Virus record (IMG/VR): IMGVR_UViG_3300016667_000241
Coordinates: 1 to 40,710 of that record
Reading direction: 5' to 3' (one strand)
DNA: 40,710 nt
DNA from: a virus
Lineage: Duplodnaviria > Caudoviricetes
A model generated the notes under the pieces. The model worked only from the letters and a program-made list of their open reading frames with translations. It was not told where the DNA came from and made no database searches. Within the stretch, counting starts at the first letter, position 1; each line of letters opens with the position of its first letter. Positions 1-7,318 of this stretch are shown piece by piece. The translations under genes were made by a program, and so were the position numbers.

Positions 1-178
1 CGTTCCCGCACTATCACTCTCCCACTCATGTGTTACATCGAGGAACGTGACTCCCTCGGCAACGTAAGGTCGAGTGATCCCTGGCCCCGTCTGCGAGCGT
101 TGGAGAAGTTGGAACAGTCGGGCGGTGCCTGCCTCTTCCAAGACTTCACGACGGGCGAAGAACGCATCTGTGTTGTTC
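1..178. repeat. Terminal direct repeat / circular assembly overlap (copy 1)
   Basis: Identical to 40533-40710 except position 38 (T vs G at 40570) and position 68 (G vs C at 40600). Confidence 0.97.
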
Positions 179-279
179 GAGCGATTCAATACGATCAAAT
201 GGCTCCGCCTACCTTCACTGAGGGTTTCGGTGGTATGGTTACGGTTCAACTTCAGACCATCGACGTGGAGGTTACCTGA
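1..279 (+). CDS. 3' end of the tail (tubular B/nozzle-like) gene that starts at 38907 and crosses the circular junction
   Basis: ORF 28-279 corresponds to 40560 onward, which is in frame with ATG 38907. Confidence 0.85.
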   Translation, partial: RSRTITLPLMCYIEERDSLGNVRSSDPWPRLRALEKLEQSGGACLFQDFTTGEERICVVRAIQYDQMAPPTFTEGFGGMVTVQLQTIDVEVT

Positions 280-281
280 TC

Positions 282-491
282 GTGCAGATTTCCTTAGTCC
301 CGCTAGTAATGCTTGGTTCTTCGGATCCTTTGGTTGGACGGGTGAGGAAAGCGCTAAACGTGCAAGGCGATAACATTCTAGATCCAGCATTAGCGGAGTT
401 ACTTCGCGGCGTTCAACGGGCGAACGGCTTTCCGCCGCACGGGGAACTGGACGAGCAGACTCTCGGCCTCTTCGGAATAACCGCATATTAA
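282..491 (+). CDS. Stand-alone peptidoglycan-binding-domain (PG_binding_1-like) protein, 69 aa
   Basis: Pattern 'LGSSDPLVGRVRKAL...LLRGVQRANGFPPHGELDEQT' resembles the PGBD three-helix motif. Confidence 0.6.
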   Translation: MQISLVPLVMLGSSDPLVGRVRKALNVQGDNILDPALAELLRGVQRANGFPPHGELDEQTLGLFGITAY

Positions 492-506
492 AACCTTTCA
501 GATTCT

Positions 507-533
507 GGGGGCACCTTCGGGTGCCCCCTTTTT
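507..533 (+). terminator. Intrinsic terminator ending the virion/lysis operon
   Basis: GGGGGCACC-TTCG-GGTGCCCCC (9-bp stem, cUUCGg loop) followed by TTTTT. Confidence 0.9.
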
Positions 534-746
534 CTGCGTTCTCTAGGGCCTCACTGACGTTCGGCCCCCTTTCCAGATTCTCGATTTTGAGAAACGCCCC
601 CCTACCCCCCATGCATATTTATTCATGGTAGGTAGGTGAGACTCCTCAGAATCTGGATGTGTTTCCGTCATCTGTCATTTGGAGTTTCCGCCCCACGGCT
701 AGCCGCACCTGGCACCGTACCCCTGATCCGTTCAGCCTGTCAACTG

Positions 747-775
747 TTGACACGGAAACTCCACGTCTGTAGTTT
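747..775 (+). promoter_or_regulatory. SigA-type promoter of the replication operon, probably leaderless
   Basis: TTGACA (747-752), a 17-bp spacer ending in TG, TAGTTT (770-775), then ATG at 782 with no Shine-Dalgarno. Confidence 0.7.
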
Positions 776-781
776 GTGACC

Positions 782-1042
782 ATGAGAATTGGTGATGAGG
801 AGTGGGAGTTGGAAAACTTCCAGCGCATCCGCCTTGAGGGTGAGGTGGAGATGTTGATGCACAAGAACCGCTGCATCATCACGTGGCCGTGGTGGCTGGA
901 TCCCGAGGTGGTTCGTGAGTCTGTGCTGACGGCAGAGACGATGGGTTTCACGTCGATGACTGAGGTGGGCAACATGGTTGACTACAAGATTCCTGAGGTG
1001 GATTGCACTGATTGGGATTACATGCTGATGGAGGCGGAATGA
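782..1042 (+). CDS. Hypothetical protein, first gene of the replication block
   Basis: ORF directly after the promoter; ATGA overlap with the next gene. Confidence 0.7.
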   Translation: MRIGDEEWELENFQRIRLEGEVEMLMHKNRCIITWPWWLDPEVVRESVLTAETMGFTSMTEVGNMVDYKIPEVDCTDWDYMLMEAE

Positions 1043-1260
1043 CTGACCACCTACCCGAGTGCGAGTTCACCGACGAAGCGCATTGGCCCGAGCCAGCGGG
1101 AATCTGTATCTGTGCTCCGCTCCGTGCCTGCGAACAGCGGGTACTGGATGCTGCACGGGCAGCGGTCGATGCGGAACCGAAAGAGGACGGCGGCTACTGC
1201 CATGTCGTGCATGTCTGCGATGCCCTCGCCGCTATCGACGCATTGAAGGAGAAGCCATGA
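1039..1260 (+). CDS. Small His/Cys-rich hypothetical protein (MTDHLPEC...CICAPL)
   Basis: GGAGG SD; ATGA overlaps on both sides. Confidence 0.7.
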   Translation: MTDHLPECEFTDEAHWPEPAGICICAPLRACEQRVLDAARAAVDAEPKEDGGYCHVVHVCDALAAIDALKEKP

Positions 1261-1475
1261 CCGAATCAACCGTCCCAGTTGAACAGTATTGCGGCTTCAT
1301 ATCCGAAGAAATTTACAACCGCCCTGAGTATCACCAGCAAATCGCCCAAGCGGCAATCCCTAGCACTCACACAATGGTGTCGTTCAGCGTAGAACGTTCG
1401 ACTACAGACCTATTTACTGGCGAGCAGCGGTTCGCTCTTGTGGTCTACGCATACAAGTCACAGGAGAAGTCATGA
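1257..1475 (+). CDS. Hypothetical protein (MTESTVPV...)
   Basis: AAGGAG SD; ATGA coupling. Confidence 0.65.
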   Translation: MTESTVPVEQYCGFISEEIYNRPEYHQQIAQAAIPSTHTMVSFSVERSTTDLFTGEQRFALVVYAYKSQEKS

Positions 1476-1663
1476 GTGAAGCACCAGCACACAGGTCGTA
1501 CTCACAGATGAGTACGTTCTACAAGTGCGCACACCAGTACTACCTGTCCAAGATCGCACAAGTTCCCGAAGTCCCCGCCGTGTACCTCGTGGCTGGCACT
1601 GCCGTGCATACGGCAATCGAGAAGATCAACCACCAGCATTATGAGAAGATGGCTAAGTCATGA
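1472..1663 (+). CDS. N-terminal fragment of a Cas4/RecB-like PD-(D/E)XK exonuclease
   Basis: SYSQ-x5-C-x-HQYYL and GTAVH motifs typical of PDDEXK_1 N-termini. Confidence 0.8.
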   Translation: MSEAPAHRSYSQMSTFYKCAHQYYLSKIAQVPEVPAVYLVAGTAVHTAIEKINHQHYEKMAKS

Positions 1664-1839
1664 TTGACACACGGGGGATCCCGTCCCGCAACTGCGTCAA
1701 CTGCGGACACGACACGTTCAAGATTCTCGTCAGATTTGACGACGACAACACGATCGGCTGGTACACGACAAGCGGCTACTGTGCCGCGTGTGATGCACCC
1801 GTCACCGTACCGACGGAGGTTGACGATGAGTCTTACTGA
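1660..1839 (+). CDS. 59-aa zinc-ribbon protein, absent from the ORF track (MIDTRGIPSRNCVNCGHDTF...YCAACDAPVTVPTEVDDESY)
   Basis: Hand-translated; two CxxC pairs; ATGA overlap with the upstream gene. Confidence 0.75.
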   Translation: MIDTRGIPSRNCVNCGHDTFKILVRFDDDNTIGWYTTSGYCAACDAPVTVPTEVDDESY

Positions 1840-2494
1840 ACTGTGGGCTGACGTCTGGCGTGACGCACTGGTCGAGGCGGAGCGTAAGCATGATCTCCCG
1901 TTCGATCAGTGGCGTACGGCAGGTCGCCGTACAAAGGCAAACCCTGAGGGTGAGACGCTGGACTGGTGGCAGTCCGATGGTCTCAAGCAGGTGGAGACGT
2001 ACAAGCAGTGGCTCGAGACGTGCGGCTGGCAGATCGCCACCATGCCTGATGGCAAGCCTGGCATCGAGTGGGAGGCACAGGTAACGTTCGGCGGGTCTCC
2101 GATCCGCCTCATCGTGGACGGCATCTACACGAACGGACAGGACTGGATCGTTGTCGATTACAAGACTGGTTCCCGCACTCCTACTGGTGTCATGCAGTTG
2201 GGTCTCTACGCTTCCGCTATTGAGCAGGCATACGACGTGCGCCCTAAGTGGGGCGCGTACTACATGACCCGTAAGGGTGCGCTCGATGACTTGACAGACC
2301 TCACGCCGTGGGGCATAGACTTCTTCGATCAGCAATTCGCGGCAATGAACGCATACATGGCGACGGGATTCTTCCCCGCCAACGTGGGCGAGCAGTGCTC
2401 ATACTGTTCCTACCGTGACTACTGTGTAGCAGTGAACGGTTCCAAGTCCGCAAACTACCCGATGAATAATCCACTGAAGAAAGGCAAGTCATGA
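1826..2494 (+). CDS. C-terminal catalytic part of the Cas4/RecB-like PD-(D/E)XK exonuclease
   Basis: E...IVD...VVDYKTG, QLGLYA and C-terminal CxxCxxxxxC; GGAGG SD before ATG 1826. Confidence 0.85.
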   Translation: MSLTELWADVWRDALVEAERKHDLPFDQWRTAGRRTKANPEGETLDWWQSDGLKQVETYKQWLETCGWQIATMPDGKPGIEWEAQVTFGGSPIRLIVDGIYTNGQDWIVVDYKTGSRTPTGVMQLGLYASAIEQAYDVRPKWGAYYMTRKGALDDLTDLTPWGIDFFDQQFAAMNAYMATGFFPANVGEQCSYCSYRDYCVAVNGSKSANYPMNNPLKKGKS

Positions 2495-2931
2495 GTAACA
2501 GCACTGAGTCACCGTTCTCCCTGACAGTTAAGGTTGGTCCGAACTCGGACCTGCTCACTGGTCGAGCGAACACCCTTGAAGAGATGCTCGCCCGTGTTGA
2601 TGAACTGAACACGATCAAGGCGTACATGGGTGCAACGAGTAACACTGTTGCGCCTGCCGCAACACCGAACCCGATTGCAACCCTGGCTGCTGCTGGTATC
2701 GCAGCAACCGACATCACCGACACCCCAGCCGCTATCGAGCAGAAGACCGACAAGTGGGGCAACGTGTACACGAAGGGTGACCCGTCCGCTGGCACCTGCT
2801 CGCACGGTCCCCGCTACGTGAAGAAGGGCACCAACAAGGCAGGCCGCGCCTACACTGGCTACGTCTGCGTCAACGGTTCACCGTGGGGCAACTACAAGGA
2901 AGCCACCTGCGACATGGTGTTCCCCAACTAG
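2491..2931 (+). CDS. Hypothetical protein with C-terminal Zn-finger-like domain (possible ssDNA-binding/recombination factor)
   Basis: CSHG...YTGYVC...C motif and Ala/Pro linker; lies between nuclease and helicase. Confidence 0.55.
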   Translation: MSNSTESPFSLTVKVGPNSDLLTGRANTLEEMLARVDELNTIKAYMGATSNTVAPAATPNPIATLAAAGIAATDITDTPAAIEQKTDKWGNVYTKGDPSAGTCSHGPRYVKKGTNKAGRAYTGYVCVNGSPWGNYKEATCDMVFPN

Positions 2932-2932
2932 T

Positions 2933-3754
2933 ATGCGCTCACTACTGCAGGTAGTCCGTGGCACGTCGGAGGCGGGCAAGGATCTCCCAGAGATCCTGCC
3001 CAACCTCACGGCGGCAACGATTCAGTTTCGTCACGGGCAACTGCACTTGATTTGTGGCCAGCCAGGGCGCGGGAAAACTCTTCTCGCGCTCTGGTATGCC
3101 ATCAAGTGTGGCGAGCCCGTGCTGTACTTCAGTGCCGACTCGGACATGGGCACGGTCGCTAACCGTGCCAGTGCCGTCATGTTAAAGAAGACAGTGAACG
3201 AGGTCAAGGAACTACGCCAGGGGCCTGGCGTTACCTTGATCGAGGATGAACTGTATGAACTGAATCGTCGCGTGCGCATCGATCCCGATCCGCATCCATC
3301 GCTCGATGGAATCTACGAAGAAGTGCAGGCATACATTGAACTGTTCGGGCGCTGCCCGTCTGCCATCTTCATCGACAACCTAATGAACGTTGCATCAATG
3401 GCCGATTCAGAATGGACTGGCATGCGTGACGCCATGTCCGCGTTCCACTCACTGGCCCGTGAAACTGAGGCTGCAGTTGTCGTCCTGCACCACACCTCAG
3501 AGGAGACATCTAAGGCGACACGTCCTGGCCCGATGAAGTCCATCATGGGGAAGGTGTCTCAGTTGCCTGAGACTATCTTGACCGTGGCTTTGGATGGGGA
3601 TCAGTACCATGTTGCTGCGGTGAAGAATCGTGACGGTGTCGCTGACCCGAATGCGGAGAGCCCGATCACTGTCTATGTTGATGCCGCATCCATGTCTCTA
3701 TTCAATACGCATCAGGAGTTGGACATGCACCGTACCCGCAGGCAGTGGCAGTGA
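2933..3754 (+). CDS. DnaB-like/RecA-fold helicase (ATPase domain only)
   Basis: Walker A GQPGRGKT, Walker B IFIDNL, VVVLHH and VKNR motifs. Confidence 0.88.
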   Translation: MRSLLQVVRGTSEAGKDLPEILPNLTAATIQFRHGQLHLICGQPGRGKTLLALWYAIKCGEPVLYFSADSDMGTVANRASAVMLKKTVNEVKELRQGPGVTLIEDELYELNRRVRIDPDPHPSLDGIYEEVQAYIELFGRCPSAIFIDNLMNVASMADSEWTGMRDAMSAFHSLARETEAAVVVLHHTSEETSKATRPGPMKSIMGKVSQLPETILTVALDGDQYHVAAVKNRDGVADPNAESPITVYVDAASMSLFNTHQELDMHRTRRQWQ

Positions 3755-4044
3755 TCATCTTCCCGCATCTGCCTGATGCTTCATGTATCGGAACCGATAC
3801 TGAGTCGTTCTTTGTTGAGGGTTATGACACGTCGGGGCTGAAGGCAGCCCGCCGTATCTGCGCGAACTGTCCCGAGTTGGAGCGGTGCCGTGACTATGCG
3901 ATCCGTAACGATGACGGCTACGGATTGTGGGGTGGGTTGATGCCGAAGGAGAGGCAGCAGATCCGTGCCAGGATGAACATCATCAATAACAAGCCGAGCA
4001 GTGTCATCGACAATCTGGTGGGTTACCGTGTCTTCAGCCAATAA
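3745..4044 (+). CDS. whiB: WhiB-family Fe-S transcription factor
   Basis: Four Cys (C...CANC...C) plus the GLWGG turn. Confidence 0.93.
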   Translation: MAVIIFPHLPDASCIGTDTESFFVEGYDTSGLKAARRICANCPELERCRDYAIRNDDGYGLWGGLMPKERQQIRARMNIINNKPSSVIDNLVGYRVFSQ

Positions 4045-4390
4045 AGCGAAGGGCTCCAAGTGGGAGGCCGACATTGAGAACTATGCGAATGAGGAAGGTT
4101 TGAAGGCGAGGCGTTTGCCTCGCGCTGGAGCCAAGGACATTGGCGACGTGGCGATTGAACTACGCAACGGGCATGTGCTCGTGGTCGAGGCTAAGAATGT
4201 GAAGGCCGCGAACATGGCTGAGTTCCTGCGCCAGGCCAGTGTCGAGTCTCACAACTACGAAGATAAGTACGGAGTTGTGGGATATCCGCTGGTTGTGGTG
4301 AAGGCCAGGAACCAGCACACCCGCAAGGCTAGGGTGACGATGGAACTTGAGGAACTGGTGAACATGCTTCACGGGTTGGGGTTGTCATGA
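4028..4390 (+). CDS. Holliday junction resolvase (Hjc-like PD-(D/E)XK)
   Basis: NKAKGSKWE, DIGD and VVEAK motifs. Confidence 0.8.
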   Translation: MSSANKAKGSKWEADIENYANEEGLKARRLPRAGAKDIGDVAIELRNGHVLVVEAKNVKAANMAEFLRQASVESHNYEDKYGVVGYPLVVVKARNQHTRKARVTMELEELVNMLHGLGLS

Positions 4391-4728
4391 TGGATGAGGA
4401 AGCAAGCGAGGCTGAACTGCTGGCAGTGTTCGATCACTACAACCTGCCCGAGCCCAGGTATGGGGAGCATCCGATGAAGTGCCCCGTCCATGAGGACAGG
4501 GTGGCGTCGGGCTCTGTGAACAGGGGCAAGGGGCTGTGGCATTGCCACGCCTGCGGGGCAGGCGGAAACGCTGTAAGCCTCGTCATGGCCCTAGAAAACC
4601 TGGAGTACCGAGAGGCCAGGGCGTGGGTTAACGGGCTCACAGGTGGCTCTACGCCCCGTACAAGGCCATCCAGGGGCAAGTCCAAGGGTGGCAGATGGAT
4701 TCCACCTAAGTTGAGGAGCGCAGTGTGA
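4387..4728 (+). CDS. DNA primase zinc-binding (CHC2) domain protein
   Basis: CPVHED...S...WHCHACGAGG. Confidence 0.88.
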   Translation: MMDEEASEAELLAVFDHYNLPEPRYGEHPMKCPVHEDRVASGSVNRGKGLWHCHACGAGGNAVSLVMALENLEYREARAWVNGLTGGSTPRTRPSRGKSKGGRWIPPKLRSAV

Positions 4729-5246
4729 CCACAATTCTAGGCATCCAGCACCAGCCAGGACTTGTCCGCCTACTGGGGGACAGCCGCACCGTGGCAGGGG
4801 ACAAGCCGATGCGTCACGCGCAACAGCCCAAGATCATGGAGCGAGACGGACAGTACCTGTTCGGTGTCGCTGGCAGTGGCGCTGCCTGTGACCTGTTCCT
4901 GTGGCAGTGGCAGCCCCCGTTCTATGCGCACGCCTGCTCAGAGTACGAGCACATGGTACGACATTTCGTACCATCGCTACGTGCCGCACTCGACGAGACC
5001 TGCCCAGCCAAGGAAGGCGAGTATGACTTCCAGGCCCTCGTGTCCCTGGTCGGGACACTATTCCTGATCGAGAATGATCTGACCGTGCTGCTCGACGAGC
5101 GCAACGTGATGGGCATCGGGACAGGCGGCAGCCTGGCCGTCGCCGCATACATAGCGGGCGCTAACCCTTACCGCGCTATGGACATTGCCATTGACCTTGA
5201 CGTAAACTCTGGCGGTCCAGTGAGTGAGTTGATTCAAGGAGAGTAA
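4725..5246 (+). CDS. HslV/proteasome-beta-like Ntn-hydrolase (Thr protease)
   Basis: N-terminal M-TTILG, DSR, conserved K, VAG and GIGTGG motifs. Confidence 0.78.
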   Translation: MTTILGIQHQPGLVRLLGDSRTVAGDKPMRHAQQPKIMERDGQYLFGVAGSGAACDLFLWQWQPPFYAHACSEYEHMVRHFVPSLRAALDETCPAKEGEYDFQALVSLVGTLFLIENDLTVLLDERNVMGIGTGGSLAVAAYIAGANPYRAMDIAIDLDVNSGGPVSELIQGE

Positions 5247-5248
5247 TC

Positions 5249-5623
5249 ATGATTGATCTAGCCGTAGAGCATGTGGTCGCGAGTGAACAGGCGACCACGA
5301 ATAGGTACCAGGATTCCAACAGTGACGTGTGGAATGGTGTGCCTAAGTGGATCCGTGAATTGTCGCTGTGTATCCGCAAGCATGAGTCAATTAACCTCGG
5401 TCACTATCGTGCCGAGAATCCGAACAGCACCGCAAGCGGTGCGTATCAAATGATCTACCGTTTCTGGCACGGCAACGCCAAGTGGGTGCCGATCGCTAAG
5501 AAGTGGGCGAACGGGCCAGCGGGCAACGCCCCTGCCCATGTGCAGGATGCAGTGTTCATTCATTCGATTCGTAATGGCGGCGTGCTCGCCTGGAAGGGAA
5601 CTAACTGTGGCTACGGAACATGA
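5249..5623 (+). CDS. Transglycosylase/lysozyme-like (Rpf-like) protein
   Basis: CIRKHES catalytic Glu, STASGAYQ, W, 'APAHVQDA' and a terminal W...C. Confidence 0.75.
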   Translation: MIDLAVEHVVASEQATTNRYQDSNSDVWNGVPKWIRELSLCIRKHESINLGHYRAENPNSTASGAYQMIYRFWHGNAKWVPIAKKWANGPAGNAPAHVQDAVFIHSIRNGGVLAWKGTNCGYGT

Positions 5624-5723
5624 TCCGCAATGTCCTCGTGAGAAGAACACGATGATCCGACCGAACGACTGCATCTTCTGCGAGGTTATCCGAGCAGTGC
5701 GCAGTGAGCAGGAACCGAAGTGA
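5607..5723 (+). CDS. 38-aa His/Cys microprotein (MATEHDPQC...CIFCEVIRAVR)
   Basis: GTG start with AAGGGA SD; GTGA coupling to the next ORF. Confidence 0.5.
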   Translation: MATEHDPQCPREKNTMIRPNDCIFCEVIRAVRSEQEPK

Positions 5724-5908
5724 CACTCGTGTCTGGCTGGTGTATCACCGATGACCACGAGATCTGCCCATACATTTACGCGACCGTCGTATGCACATGC
5801 GATTGTCATGAGGAGAGCGATGAAGGAATTCACAGGCAAGTGGAAGTGGTCGAAGAAGCGTCAGGCTTGGATCATGAAGTGGAAGATGCGGAAGGTGAAG
5901 CCTCGTGA
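5720..5908 (+). CDS. Small Cys-rich protein with acidic tail
   Basis: Coupled at both ends; C...HxxC...CxCxCH. Confidence 0.5.
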   Translation: MTLVSGWCITDDHEICPYIYATVVCTCDCHEESDEGIHRQVEVVEEASGLDHEVEDAEGEAS

Positions 5909-6084
5909 TCATTCGTAACGCAGCCCAGTGTGCCAAGTGTGGCGATGAGATCTACTCCAATCATCGGCACGACTTCGTGTTGTGCTCGTGTCGATCGATC
6001 TTTGTTGATGGTGGCCGTGACTATCTGCGTCGGGGTGGTAACCCCGAGGACTTCATTGACCTGTCGGAAGTGAGCGATGAGTAG
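5905..6084 (+). CDS. 59-aa phage zinc-finger protein, absent from the ORF track (MIIRNAAQCAKCGDEIYSNHRHDFVLCSC...VDGGRDYLRR)
   Basis: Hand-translated; N..C..CGD.I.S.HRHDF..C.C....DGG..Y is a widespread small phage protein pattern. Confidence 0.8.
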   Translation: MIIRNAAQCAKCGDEIYSNHRHDFVLCSCRSIFVDGGRDYLRRGGNPEDFIDLSEVSDE

Positions 6085-6268
6085 CCCGTGCCCCTGCATG
6101 GGATGCAAGCGTGCCTACAAGCAGGGCCTGCTCGATGCCGCTGACATGGCCAGCGACTATGCTGAAGAGCGACGCAGTAAACTGAAAGGCATGCCGCCAA
6201 CACCAGGCGACGACATTGCTGCCGCCCTCTTCGTGGTAGCGAAACAAATTAAAGAGGTTGCGAAATGA
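6077..6268 (+). CDS. Hypothetical protein
   Basis: Coupled ORF with N-terminal CxCxxC. Confidence 0.6.
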   Translation: MSSPCPCMGCKRAYKQGLLDAADMASDYAEERRSKLKGMPPTPGDDIAAALFVVAKQIKEVAK

Positions 6269-6402
6269 CAATGTGCTTCGTGTGCGAACTAGATCACGGT
6301 GACGGCGCATGCCCTGACTGCGAGGCCAATGCATTCTGGGCAGCGAAGACTGCCAAGGAACAAGCATGGCGCAAGAACAGTAAGGCCAGGAAGGAACAAT
6401 GA
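6265..6402 (+). CDS. 45-aa CxxC/CxxC microprotein (MTMCFVCELDHGDGACPDC...)
   Basis: Hand-translated; GAGG SD; ATGA overlaps at both ends. Confidence 0.6.
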   Translation: MTMCFVCELDHGDGACPDCEANAFWAAKTAKEQAWRKNSKARKEQ

Positions 6403-7043
6403 AACCGAACCAGAAACTCATAGACATGTGGACACGCGCAGCCAACGACTACCACATGGAACTAGCGGGCTCGCCCGCTGAGGAATACCTGAAGCAGAGG
6501 GGACTACTCGACTATGCGGAAAAATTTCTTCTCGGATATGTGGCGGAGCCTGCGCCAGGTCACGAGGACAGGTTCATCAACACGCTCTCCATCCCGTACC
6601 GAACGGCCAGCGGTGTGGTCGCTTTCAAGTTCCGTAAACTCGATGACTCGACCCCCAAGTACACGAGCCCGACGGGGCAGAAGCATCATCTTTACAACGT
6701 TCAAGCCATCATCGACGCGGTCGAACAAGTCCTTGTAGTCGAGGGGGAACTCGATGCCATCGCAGCCACCTCGGCAGGACTACCTGCCGTTGCTGTCGCA
6801 GGAGTCAACGCCTGGAAGCCACACTTTGCTCGATGCTTTGACGGAATCGGACGAGTCATTGTCGTTACTGATAACGATCTCAAGGAAGACGGGTCTAATC
6901 CTGGGCAGGATCTTGCCCGCCGACTAGTGGACACCCTGCCGAATGCTGTCCGCGTGTCGCTCCCCATGGGGGAAGACATCAACAGTACACTTCTGTCACA
7001 CGGAGCGCAGTACCTCGCTGAATTGGTGGGGTCCATAGAGTAA
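6399..7043 (+). CDS. DNA primase catalytic (Toprim) domain protein
   Basis: YLKQRG, IPY, PKY, VVEGELDA, DND and EDIN motifs. Confidence 0.9.
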   Translation: MKPNQKLIDMWTRAANDYHMELAGSPAEEYLKQRGLLDYAEKFLLGYVAEPAPGHEDRFINTLSIPYRTASGVVAFKFRKLDDSTPKYTSPTGQKHHLYNVQAIIDAVEQVLVVEGELDAIAATSAGLPAVAVAGVNAWKPHFARCFDGIGRVIVVTDNDLKEDGSNPGQDLARRLVDTLPNAVRVSLPMGEDINSTLLSHGAQYLAELVGSIE

Positions 7044-7054
7044 GGAATGCTCCG

Positions 7055-7318
7055 ATGCAGCGTGACCAGATCCTAGATGAGGCGAAGGCTCTCATCGGTG
7101 GCGACAGGGCCATCCAGTACGGCGACTCGCACGACACGCATCGCAGGGTAGGTGAAGCGTGGGCTGCCATCTTGAATGTGCAGCCCATTTCCCCTGGTCA
7201 AGTGGCCCTCATGATGATCGCACTCAAGTCCATTCGTGCCAGTAAGAATGTTGGATACATGGACTCGTGGATAGACATCTGCGGCTATGCCGCCCTCGGC
7301 GGGGAGATGTCAGCATGA
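7055..7318 (+). CDS. DUF6378-like small helical phage protein
   Basis: ILDEA...GDR...YG, MMIALK..R, DSWIDICGYAA. Confidence 0.75.
   Translation: MQRDQILDEAKALIGGDRAIQYGDSHDTHRRVGEAWAAILNVQPISPGQVALMMIALKSIRASKNVGYMDSWIDICGYAALGGEMSA

Noticed and set aside
1-178. Diversity-generating retroelement TR/VR pair (near-identical repeat at a tail gene 3' end)
   Set aside because: No reverse transcriptase in the genome; the mismatches are not both adenine-specific on one strand; the copies sit exactly at the contig ends.
1472-2494. CRISPR-associated cas4, or an intron/intein interrupting the nuclease
   Set aside because: No other cas genes. The roughly 160-nt interval is an intact coupled ORF without group I/II or intein signatures, and the downstream half has its own SD.
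5820-5918. Alternative 32-aa basic ORF (MKEFTGKWKWSKKRQAW...) overlapping 5720-5908
   Set aside because: It has an SD-like sequence but lies almost wholly within another coupled ORF; I cannot decide without homologues or ribosome profiling.
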